DNA from: Octopus sinensis
Lineage: Eukaryota
Assembly: GCF_006345805.1 (NCBI RefSeq)
Contig: NC_042998.1
Span: forward strand, 32,488,001-32,552,000
Length of the DNA: 64,000 bases
Direction of reading: 5' to 3'
Every line of letters begins with the position of its first letter. Position 1 is the first letter of the stretch. Shown here in pieces: positions 11,871 through 23,378 of the stretch. The notes below the pieces were generated by a model. It saw only the letters and a program-made list of their open reading frames with translations, did no database searches and had not been told where the DNA came from. The translations under genes and the position numbers were made by a program.

Positions 11871-13996
11871 TTTAATTATTTATATTGTTTACATGCGGAA
11901 AACCCATTGTATATAAACAATTATTATAAACAAGGGCAAAAGAAAAAGAAAAAATTTTCCTATGCCAATATGCTGAAAAATAGACCCTGAACCCTTCTTT
12001 TCTTCAAATATTGTATATTATACATGTATAGGTAGAAGTCTTGCTAGCCACCTCATTATTACTGTTTTTAACAGTAATAATACTTCACATACTTACTTTT
12101 TTTATTGTTTATGATAGTTTTCTCTTTAAATGGAGTGGGACGTTTAAAGTTAGAAATGCACACCAGTTGACGTATAGAAATAGATGTCAAATACTATTTC
12201 CAACTGATGCTTGCAGAGCATGTTTCTCATGTAGAACATGAAATCAATTGTTATTGGGGCATGGTATCAAAGTACCTTCAAATTCCATGCTGAAAAGGTA
12301 GGCCTATTTTTTAAAATATTCATTACATTGCTCGTGTGTGTATTTATCATAGAACTGGTGGGTTTTTTAAGTTTCCACTTTGATTTTTAGTAAGCGGTGT
12401 CTTTATCCTTCCTTTCTTCAAATATTGTATATATATACATATATAGGACAGGCTTCTTTCAATTTTTGTCTAGCAAATCTGCTCTCAAGGCTTTGGTCAG
12501 CTAGAGGATATCGTCGAAGACACTTAGCCAAGGTGCTACCCAGGGGGACTGAAACCTGAACCATGCATTTGGGAAGCAAACTTCTTGCCACACATGCCTC
12601 TATTCATATTAGAGAGAAAGCAGTGAACTCTTAGTATTTGTAGAATAAAACTTAAAAGATAGTAGTAATAACTAAAGGCTTAATATTAACCTTTAGGAAA
12701 CTCCACTTCTGACAGTAGAATGTAATCTATAAATGGTTTCAAGGTAAGTGTTCAATAGAGGAAACATTGGTGCCTTTAATTGTGTGAAAGAATAATTTGA
12801 TGCTCATATACAAAATGCCAACAGCAACCTGGATTATGCTTGTCTATTATTGCCTGTGAAGAGTTGAAAAATCCCCACACAAACCTGCTGTTAAACATCA
12901 ACATTTGGATAATAAGGGGAGAGAAGTGGATAAGTTTCTGAGAAAGACCGGAGAAAAGAAATTTTCCAGCTGTTAATGGTGACTCGTATGAATTATGTAA
13001 GAATGATGGTCATCTGAGGAATAAACTTTACTTCTTCCTCCTCTGACCACATTGCAGTGCAAAGTCTTTAGTGAAGGGTTAATCTAAGGCAATATGCATA
13101 TTCTTGTCGAAGAAAGCAAATGCTGGACTAATAGACAGTTTATATCTATAACCTTACTGCATGTAAGAATTATATTGAAATTCTTGCAAAAAAAAAAGAC
13201 ATTTCAAAGCAATGGCAAAATGAATGAATCTTAAAAAGGCAGGAATCAAAGGCCATACTGAGAATTTCTTTTTAGTTTGAATTATATACCAGGATGTTAA
13301 ATGAAATAAAATTCATTTGAATATGATATGGCTTGATTTTGTTTAATGCATAGGGGTCAGTCATCATCATCATCATCATCATTGTCGTTTAATGTCTGGA
13401 GGGTTTTACTGAGGGCTGGCAAGCAAAAAGACTGCACCAGGCTCCAATCCGATCTGGTAAAGTTTCTACAGGTGGATGCCCTTCCTAATGCCAACTACTC
13501 TGAGAGTGTAATAGGAGCTCTTTAGGTGCCACTGGCATGAGGGCCAGTCAGGCGGTACTGACATCGACTATGCTTGAATGATGGTTTTTACATGCCACTT
13601 GCATGGGAGCCAGTCTGGCAGCACTGGCAACGACCATGCTCGAATGGTGCTTTTTACATTCCACCGGCACTGGAGCCAGTCAGGCAACACTGGCAATGAC
13701 CATGTTCGAACGGTGCTTTTAATGTGCCACCAGCACATAAATTATAGATGAGAGTCATTGACCACATTCACATACCAAAGAAGATCAAATCCTATTGAAG
13801 ATGGAACAAGTTTACACCTGGAAAATTTACTAAGGTAAGGAATAAAATGCCTTACCTGAAAATCAAGTAAGATTTAGCAATGGGAAGGATCGTCCAGCTT
13901 TTTACCAATACTGGCTAAAGAAATCTCTCTCAGCTCATGCCATCATGGAAAAAAAGTGAACATAACAATGATGATAATAACACACACACACATACA

Positions 13997-14037
<41 letters not shown>

Positions 14038-14884
14038 GTGTACATACAACTGTGTGTTATGTGTCTCTGAAAGTGTGTGGATGCTTTTAATTAGCTTCAA
14101 AGTTTGAGGCATGAAGTTCATGTTCTGAGACACTTACAGAGCTTTACAGACAATTTGATAGAAATATATTTACAATTAGGCACAGGAGTGGCTGTGTTGT
14201 AAGTAGCTTGTTTACCAACCACATTGTTCTGGGTTCAGTCCCACTGTGTGGCACCTTGGGCAAGTGTCTTATACTATAGCCTCAGGCTGACCAACGCCTT
14301 GTGGGTGGATTTGCTGGATGGAAACTGAAAGAAGACCATCGTATATATGTATATATATATGTGTGTATATGTTTGTGTCTGTGGTTGTCCCCACAACATC
14401 ACTTGACAACTGATGCTGGTATGTTTATGTCTCCCATAACTTAGTGATTCAGCAAAAGAGACTGATAGTATAGGTACTAGGCTTACAAAGAATAAGTCCT
14501 GGGGTCGATTTGCTTGAATAAAGGTAGTGCTCCAGGACAGCTGCAGTCAAATGATCAAAACAAGTAAAAACAAAAAAAAAAGAAAAGAAAAAAAGATTGA
14601 ATACTGAATTCCATTTTTCCTGAAATGAAAATTGAATCAATGTGTGTCTCAGCATGTAGAATACTGAACCTGTTGTGTGTCAAAGGAAGAAAATTTTGTA
14701 GCATTTCAATTTGTTTTGGCCATTTTGTTTCTCACTCTGGCTGATCCTTGCCTTTTATCTACCTTCGGGCATTTTAGATACAACTGGCTGAAACTCCAGA
14801 GGGTGGCGCCTCACTATGGCAATGTTCCATTGAATTAAAACCCAAAATATATGTGTGTGTGCATAGGAATATGTGTTATATAAA

Positions 14885-14924
14885 TATATATATACATACA
14901 TATGTGTGTGTGTGTGTGTGTATG

Positions 14925-14958
<34 letters not shown>

Positions 14959-15000
14959 TGTATGTATGTATGTATGTATGTATGTATGTATGCATGCATG

Positions 15001-15034
<34 letters not shown>

Positions 15035-15190
15035 TGTATGTATGTATGCATGTGTGTATGTGTGTATGTATGTATGTATGCATGTATGTATGTATGTATG
15101 TATGTATGTATGTATGTATGTATGTATGTATGTATGTATGCATGTATGTATGTATGTATGTATGTACATATATATATATGTATATATATA
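14885..15190. repeat. (TATG)n microsatellite
   Basis: Direct; explains the MYVC/HTYI ORFs. Confidence 0.95.
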
Positions 15191-15661
15191 TGAAAAGTGT
15201 GAGCTGGCAGAATTGCTACCATGCCAGGCAAAATGTTTAGTGGTTTTTCGTCTACCACTATGTTCTGAGTTTAAATTCTGCCGAGGTCAACTTTGCATTT
15301 CATCCTTTTGGGGTTGATTAAATAAGTACCAGTTACGCACTGGGGTCGATGTAATCGACTTAGTCCATTTATCTGTCCTTGTCTGTTCCCTCTCTATTTA
15401 GCTCCTTGTGGGCAATAAAGAAATATATGTGTGTGTGTGTGCTTTATAATTTATGTGTATCTGTTAGTATATTTTGTTGCTTGAATATCCATATTTGTTG
15501 AATGTGTGTGTGTGTTTGTGTGTGTGTATGTGCATATATCTCTGTATATATATATGTAAATACTTGAGTGAAGTATGTCTAAGCACATACATGAAGGAAT
15601 GCATGATTGCCTTTTATTTTTTTCTTGGTGTGTCTGATATAATATATATATACACACACAT

Positions 15662-15695
<34 letters not shown>

Positions 15696-15894
15696 TATAT
15701 AGAGAGAGAGAGAGAGAGATAGATAGGTAGATGTGTGTATCAGTGCAGTTTGTGTTTGCTTATGCACACCTGTATGCGTGCACGTGTGCAGGCCAATAAG
15801 CGCAGAAGGCATTAAGACTTCCTGTGCTTATTCAAGCATTTCCAAGATCAAAATAAGATTCTTTGTGTCATTCTCTATACAGAAGCATACTCAT

Positions 15895-16870
15895 AATCAT
15901 AAACACACACACAAGCACATACATACACGCACATGCACGCACACACATGTACGCACACACATGTACGCACACATGCAAAGACAAACACACACAAGTACAC
16001 ACACACACACTCATATACATAAACACAAATGCACACATGCATGCATGCAAATACGAACATACACACACAAACACTCATATACATAAACAGACATACACAC
16101 ATACATACACGCACACGCAAGCACATACATACACGCACACGCACGCACACACATGTATGCACACAGGCAAAGACAAACACACACAAGTACACACACACAC
16201 ACTCATATACATAAACACAAATGCACACATGCATGCATGCAAATACGAACATACACACACAAACACTCATATACATAAACAGACATACACACATACATAC
16301 ACGCACACGCAAGCACATACATACATGCACACGCACGCACACACATGTATGCACACATGCAAAGACAAACACACACACACGAACACACACACACTCATAT
16401 ACATAAACACAAATGCACACACACATGCACGCAAACATGAACATACACACACAAACACTCATATACATAAACAGACATACACACATACATACACGCACAC
16501 GCATGCACATACGTACACGCACATGCATGCACACACATGTACACACACATGCAAAGACAAATACACACACACTCATATACATAAACACAAATGCATACAT
16601 GTTTGCACGCAAACAAGAACATACACACACACAAACACTCATATATATAAACACACACGCATGCACATACATACACACACATGTACACACACATGCAAAG
16701 ACAAACACGCACACGAACACACACACACACATACTCATATACATAAACACAAATGAACACACACACACATGCAAAGATGAACACACATGAACACACACAC
16801 AAAACTCTCATATACATAAACACACACACACACACACACACAAACACACATATACTCACACACACCTACA
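15895..16870. repeat. CA-rich minisatellite with a 192-bp higher-order period
   Basis: Anchor CAAAGACAAA at 15976, 16168, 16360 and 16552. Confidence 0.9.
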
Positions 16871-17899
16871 CATACAATAAATAAAAACCCCAGACATACA
16901 TAGAGGGCGATCTTAAGGGAAATGACAGTTTGCAGTAATACCAGAGATGAGAGCAGGTATAATTTTTTGACTTCTCTTCTTTGTTTATCATCATTTAACT
17001 TTTTGCTTATATATTTCTTCTTATTTAAAAACAAAATACACTTCCTATGTTTACTATATTTAAAAATAAATAATCAGTGATTATAAACTTAATTTTTAAA
17101 CCTTTAAAGAAAAAGAAACCCCCCCCCCCCCGAGATTAACAGATAACAGAACAAATTGCAGCTTTAAATTTATGTTTCTCTAAAACTGACTTTTTTCTGA
17201 TTTTTAAACATATACGGATACAAACAAACAAACAGCACACACACACACACTCTTTACTTCTAAATTCTTTCTTTATGTGTGCACCAGTCTTATATCTTAT
17301 AATAAATGAAGTAAATTCCCATATTTTAAGATAATCAGTATGATTAATATTCTTCTCATATATTTGTGCATGTATGTATGGTGGGTGTGTGTGGAATGTC
17401 TATGTAAGTGTATGAAAATAGTCAAAGTTTATGAGTAAATCTAAAGAATTATTTCTTAAAATCTATTTATCAACCTTGCCTTGCGTTTGTTTTCTTTCCT
17501 GGCTGATCACTTTTGAGATCCGCCCTCTTTTAAGCACAAATATACACACATACGCATACATACATACATACATGCACGCACACATACGGCAGAATTTTTA
17601 ACATATGTGTTAACAGACAAATTGATTTAGCTTAAAAGTGTGCAACAAGTGTTAATTTTGGTAATTCCTTTGCCCACATCTTGATGCAATTATACAAGAG
17701 CTTAGAACATCTTGTTTCTTCTATGATTTAGTAGAAAGAGAAGAGATGATATTTATGGCCCCTTCCTGCTTCTCAGAGGGCATCACGTGCGTATAGGATG
17801 AGGTAGTCCATAAGTTACCTACTTAGTTTAAAACAAAAGTTATAATTGGCCTCAAGCCGGCAAATCCATCAGACCAGAGCACATGCTGGTTTCTGTTTT

Positions 17900-18225
17900 T
17901 TTTTGTTTTTGTTTGTTTTTCCTTCTCAAGCCATGCCTGGCTCATAAGGGTTGGTTTCCCGGTTTCATTGGCATATAGGTTCCCTACCTGGACAGGACGC
18001 CAGTCCATTGCAGGTGAGCTGCTAGATGCAGGAGGAAAGAGTTAGAGAAAGTTGTGGCGAAAGAGTCAGCAGAAGTTTGCCGTTATCTTCTGCCGGAGTC
18101 GCGTGGAGCTTAGGTATTTTGCTCATAAACACACACATCGCCCGGTTTGAGAGATTGGAACCAACGATTCCTCGACCGCGAGTCCGCTGCTCCAACCACT
18201 GGGCCATGTGCCTCCACCTAGTTTC
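17900..18225 (-). mobile_element. tRNA-derived SINE, family A (complete)
   Basis: Reverse-complement homolog of 5985-6270. Confidence 0.85.
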
Positions 18226-18607
18226 TGTGGTATGTAAGTTATTGAGAGCACAAGATGGCTCACTGGATTAGATGTCAGGCCCAACAAGGTTAAACCGCAA
18301 CCACTGCTAGTACCAGTTCAGCTAGTTTAGATTAAGTAGGTATATTATAGTATTTTAATAAGAGTATCAGAGAAAAAAAGGAAAACAAAAGTAAACAGAA
18401 AATTACTATTTGTAAATCTCACAATGAGAGATATTCAGCAACAGTAAAGATTTACTTGCCAACATAACATGGCCATCCTGGTTTAGGACGAATGTTGCTG
18501 TAATTTAGTCCCAGGAGACATCATCTCCAGCTGGCTATACGACATGATCTGTGTCCTTATATTTTCAAACAAGGGAATCTAGCACCCCCACCCAGCTCAA
18601 AACAATA

Positions 18608-18652
18608 TCTGTGTATCGCAATTTCTGGGTTATTTCCCTTCATCAGCACAGA
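18608..18652 (-). ncRNA. Minimal type I hammerhead ribozyme
   Basis: TCTGTG-CTGATGA-AGGGAAATAACCCA-GAAA-TTGCGA-TA^CACAGA has an intact core, 6-bp stem I, GGG/CCC stem II, 2-bp stem III and an AUA triplet. An unpaired A/A at the base of stem II is non-canonical. Confidence 0.75.
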
Positions 18653-18780
18653 ATAATTGTTCGGCTAGAGGTGGCGCTGCCATATTCCCATTCTAAATAT
18701 ATAGTTTTCAAAGTGACAACTAGTCTCTGAGCTATAAATTAGAAAATTACTATTTTTAAATCTCACAAGAGAACAATTAT

Positions 18781-18825
18781 TCTGTGCTGATGAAGGGAGA
18801 TAACCCAGAAATCGCGAAACACAGA
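18781..18825 (+). ncRNA. Minimal type I hammerhead ribozyme (U16.1>A, probably inactive)
   Basis: TCTGTG-CTGATGA-AGGGAGATAACCCA-GAAA-TCGCGA-AA-CACAGA, with a palindromic TCGCGA loop. Confidence 0.65.
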
Positions 18826-19039
18826 CATTGTTTTGAGCTGAGTGGGGGTGCTAAATTCCCTTGTTCGAAAATATAAGGACACAGATCGTGTCATATAGCC
18901 AGCTGGAGACGATGTCTCCTAGGGCTAAATTACGGCAACATTCGTCCTAAACCAGGACTGCCATGTTATGTTGGCAAACAATCTTTACTCCAAAAAGAAA
19001 CAGGCCTCTGTTGCTTAATGATTGTTGCTATTATTTAAC

Positions 19040-19680
19040 CCAAATTGGGCAGTACTGCCCCTTTTGAGGTGGTGAAAATATTTGGGTGGGCATTGAAGAA
19101 AAGTGGGATGATCATGGGGTGACCAAAATGGGGTGATAGATGTAAAAAAAAAATATTAATAGGTGAATTAGGCTTAAGTTTTATTTGTGAAATACAGTTG
19201 TTTTGAATTTGCTCCAGAAAGGTGGTATATATTTGTGGTGGGGAGGGTGGGGAGGTGCTAGGAATGTGGTCTGGGTGCCAAGGGGGTGGCAACCTGAAAA
19301 TGTTTGGCATCTACTGATTTAACCCCGAATCAATATTGATTGAAATAGGGGCTCCATCTGGACTTTTGTAGTGCTATGTAGGAATACATCATCTAATGTC
19401 GCATACCTTGTTTTAGCCCATGATGTGCAATATGATAGAATTAGCTGCTGTTTTTAGCTGGATGAATGACTGGATAGAGGTTCCCTCATTAGGTGATAAG
19501 TTAGTATTTTTAGCATGTTGGTGAATAAATTTGGACAATCAGCTGTTTACTGTAGACCGGAACGTTTGTGTAAATAGCAACATTGCTGTTCTCATTTGTA
19601 TCCTGGTGGTTTGGTTCTCATTACAGATTCTATCTGAGAAGTACAGAATAAATTTCAGTCATTGAGGAATGGACTAGAAT
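19040..19680 (-). mobile_element. Degenerate APE endonuclease-like LINE fragment, inverted relative to the adjacent CR1 3' end
   Basis: Minus-strand frames give DTNENSNVAIY (DR..GGVAIY-like), YKSPD, FRLPPPW and SPHFGHP (SDH-region-like). The matches are weak. Confidence 0.45.
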
Positions 19681-19699
19681 CAAAAAGTCTATGAATACT

Positions 19700-20141
19700 T
19701 GAATTTTTAGCAAGAAAATTGAAACTCCGACATCTGGCAGCTGACTTGGCAGACACCCATAAAATTATTAACCATCTTACAAACAATAACTCTGAGCACC
19801 TTTTCAAACACCACCCGTCTAACACCTGTGGACATGTTTACAAAGTCAGAAAACAGCACAGATCCCATGACTTTCGGAAACATTTTTTCATGCTAAGAGT
19901 TGCTGAAGCATGGAACAAACTGCCGCCATCAGTTGTTAGTTGTTGGAGCACTGCATCCTTCAAAACTTCCATGCTTCCTGAGATTCACCAACACTACACC
20001 TGATTTTCTCCCCTCCATACACACGCAAGCATGTATCTGACTCATACACTGTTCACTTTCCAAACATTTTCACATTACTGCATATGCTTTATATGCACTT
20101 TTGACAAGTTGTGGTGCACCTGAGCACTGTATACAATAATT

Positions 20142-20150
<9 letters not shown>
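19700..20150 (+). mobile_element. CR1-type LINE 3' end
   Basis: LRHLAADLADTHKII..TCGHVYKVRK..RKHFFMLRVAEAWNKLPPSVV..ASFK, then a UTR and an (ATT)n tail. Confidence 0.85.
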
Positions 20151-20186
<36 letters not shown>

Positions 20187-20196
20187 TATTATTATT

Positions 20197-20561
20197 GAGT
20201 GAGAGAGCATTGCATGTCACCAAAGTGACACTGGGGTAAAATATACGAAGCCCAGTATACCCATCATGACTAATCGTCTGATAAGGGTACGCCAGGCACA
20301 TGCATCACAACCATATGTGCGCGACATGGTGATCTCATATCAGGATAATCAGCGCATGACCTTGCAGGTTGGGCCCAGTTAGAATTTCCTTCTGGTTGAG
20401 TGGCCCATCCCACTCAAAAGGTCCCTGAATAAGGATTGTTTAAGGATGTTGAACGAATCACCCATGTTTCCGAAGGTGAATTATCCAAACCTCTAAAATT
20501 TCCTTTCAACACATGTCTATGATGCTCCCCCACTACTTCTGCTCGTGATGAGAGATGCACA

Positions 20562-20565
<4 letters not shown>
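20197..20565 (-). mobile_element. Non-coding retroposon associated with (TAA)n arrays (family T)
   Basis: Same left end GAGTGAGAGAGCA in copies at 20197 and 27589, with variable right ends. Third copy at 38905-39441. All copies abut (ATT)n. Confidence 0.7.
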
Positions 20566-20615
<50 letters not shown>

Positions 20616-21068
20616 AAAGAGAAAAGAACTCTAGTGCCATAAAAGAAATTGCTTTAGCTAATTATGTCTGAAGAGAGTAGGAAGATACTCTTTACTCAGT
20701 GCAAAGAATGAGCATGAAATATCTGCAATGGCATCGTTAGTACATCTACAGATATAATTAGTGATAGAGGCACTCATAAAATCAAGACAGTGCTCTGCTT
20801 AGATGACTTTCTAGAGAAGCTGGTAATTTCTGCTGTTCCAATTACAGAATTGATAATGGTGAATTCCTGTTAACAACAAGAGCTTCTCTCTACGGTAAAC
20901 ATTGGTGATTGTGCAATGCAGTGAAATATGTGATTGTTGCTGACACCTACTGGAGAGCTGTGTCATCATAGGAGACTGGATGTTAAATCTGCTGAAACAA
21001 TGACAAATAGAACTACTTTGATATGGTGCACACTTTGATATGAATATTTAACATTCAATTTACAGCAT

Positions 21069-21292
21069 TTAACCCTTTCAATATTAACCCGGCTGAAACC
21101 GGCTCTTGCTCTGAATACAAATGTCTTCATAAGTTCTGTATTAAAATCTTCCACCAAACCTTAGTCATAATTTACGTTCCTAATCCTAACTTAATGATAA
21201 CTAAGTTATTTTACTAAATTCTTTGTTATATTTAAAATAAATTGAAAGAAACACAGAACATCTCAAAATAAATATAGTAAAAAAAGGGTTAA
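21069..21292. mobile_element. piggyBac-like MITE
   Basis: TTAA-CCCTTT...AAAGGG-TTAA termini; homologous to 21437-21665 and 21992-22160. Confidence 0.75.
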
Positions 21293-21436
21293 GAAGAAAA
21301 ATAATCAGCAGAAGCCATGAAAGAAGGAGTCTTCAATGTGGTCATTTTATATGCTAGAAATAAAAGCCTAAATTTCCTTCAATCCACATCCTTCCAACAG
21401 CTTCTAATATACATCTGCCCAAATGTAGAGGTGTGT

Positions 21437-21665
21437 ATAACCCTTTAGGTACCAACCAACCTGAAACTGCCTCTGGCTCTGAGTACAAATGTCTTGTTTT
21501 CATAAGTTTTGAATTAAAATCTTCCACCAAACCTTAGTCACAATTTATGTTCCTAACATTAGCTGAATGATAGCTAAGTTATTTTATTAAATTCTTTGTT
21601 ATATTTAAAAGTAATTGAAAGAGACACAGAGCATCTCAAAATAAATATGGTAATGAAAGGGTTAA
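21437..21665. mobile_element. piggyBac-like MITE, copy 2
   Basis: ATAA-CCCTTT...AAAGGG-TTAA with the same internal sequence. Confidence 0.75.
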
Positions 21666-21991
21666 ATTGAATGAAAAGTTGTACATATGAAAACTGAGAA
21701 AATAGCTAAAAAGTTAAATGCATAGAATAATTCATGCTGAAATGGTAGTGATAGTATCGACATATACTGAGTGGTAGATTTTATTTTTATCTTTCAATCC
21801 TTGACCATATACCAAGAACTTAAATTCTAGCCATTACTCCTTGTATCTTCAGTGTTTTTAGAAGAATCTACCACATTACAAACTTTCAGACTAGGTCTCC
21901 AGTCGAAGTAGAACGTTCTCCTTTCCTTCTACCAGTCATAGATACCCTTAGCCTGGTCACTGGTATTGTCCATCTTACTGTAAGCAAACCT

Positions 21992-22160
21992 TTAACCCTT
22001 TTGTTACTGACCTGGCTGAAACTGCCTTTGGCTCTGTAGTACAAATGTCTTTGTTTTCATAAGTTTTGATTTAAAATCTTAGATCAAACCTTAGTCATAA
22101 TTTATGTTCCTAACACTAGCTTAATGATAACTAAGTTATTTTACTAAATTCTTTGTTATA
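21992..22160. mobile_element. piggyBac-like MITE, copy 3 (right end lost)
   Basis: TTAACCCTTT start and same body, cut off by a SINE at about 22160. Confidence 0.7.
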
Positions 22161-22389
22161 CAACAACAAAACAAAACAAATGCGCCCTTTTAAAGCCTAG
22201 CCAGGCTCATGGGCCCGGTTTCCAGGTTTCTATGGCGTAAGTGTTCCCCAGCTGGACAGGACGCCAGTCCATCGCAGCGTTACTCATTTTTGCCAGCTGA
22301 GTGGACTGGAGCAATGTGAAATGAAGTGTTTTGCTCAAGAACACAACGCGTCGCCCGGTCCAGGAATCAAAACCACAATCTTATGTTCA

Positions 22390-23037
22390 CCATATAATGA
22401 TGGATGACAGGTGATTGACTGTAAAATCAAATAACCAATGTTATTAGTATGTCCTGCAAGAGAGTTGAGAATATTCAGCACAATGAACATGATGGTTTCT
22501 GCTTGGTGGGTGTCACATCTTCTGACACCTGATCAAAAGTGCACCAGGCTGATCACATCATAGGGAAATCTGACATTGTTTCAGGCAGATCCCATTGGGT
22601 TCCTTGAACATTTCCTAACCCAGGATAAATGTCGGGGTCATCACTTTGAGCCAGAGTCAAAGGGACAATCAATGCAGTGGAAACACCCTTGCTCACCTAC
22701 TTCAAAGAAGGCCATGGTCATTTCGCCTACAAGGAGGGTGATGCCCTCAGTTTTTGGGGGGGATTCAAAAGGCATTGTGTTTATTGAGTATCTTGAAAAG
22801 GGCCGCACCATCAATGGAGAGTACTGTGCCCACTTGCTGAAGCAGTTATGAAAAGCTATCGAGACTGGAAAAACTGATAAAGGGTCTTGTTTCATCAGAA
22901 CAATGCTCCTATTTTAGCCCCTTGTGGGCAATAAAGAAATAAGAACAATGCTCCTGTATGCAAGTTCTTGGTTTCAATGACTGTTGTGCACGACTGTAGC
23001 TTTGAACTAGTTATTCAACCTCCCTATTCCCTTGATT
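22390..23037 (+). pseudogene. mariner transposase fossil
   Basis: VSAWWVSHLLTPDQK (WVPxxL), HHFEPESKGQSMQW, DSKGIVFIEYLEKGRTINGEY, HQNNAP and QPPYSLDL (YSPDL), with stops and frameshifts. Confidence 0.9.
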
Positions 23038-23347
23038 TAAGGGGGGTTTTGTCTTGCAAGGTACCTAGTGCCACTTAAAAAGCTTACATACTGGCACCAC
23101 GTAAAAAAAAAATTACTGGTTATGGTACCATATAAAAAGCATTAGTTCTGGTTCCACATAAAAAGCACCCAATGTGCTCCTATCGAGTGGTTGGTATTAA
23201 AAAGGACATCCAGCTATAGAAAGCATGTCAAAACAAACAATGAAACCTGATGTGGATCCTGGCCTTTCCAGTTCCTGTCAAACCCCCCAACCCATGCCAG
23301 CATGAAAAACATGTTAAATGATGATGAAGATGATGAATATCAGTAAC

Positions 23348-23378
<31 letters not shown>

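Larger units (their letters stand above)
18398..18989 (-). mobile_element. Hammerhead-bearing foldback retroelement (Penelope-dependent or retrozyme-like)
   Basis: Inverted arms 18443-18662 and 18771-18989. Direct repeat GAAAATTACTATTT(G/TT)TAAATCTCACAA recurs 344 nt apart. Each arm carries a hammerhead motif. Confidence 0.75.

Noticed and set aside
12697-12750. Acceptor plus strong CAAG|GTAAGT donor
   Set aside because: Stops in all three frames. It could be a UTR or start exon, but nothing else supports it.
14755-16865. Long ORFs (up to 307 aa) of MYVC, HTYI and HTH repeats
   Set aside because: They are translations of TATG and CA microsatellites, open in several frames on both strands.
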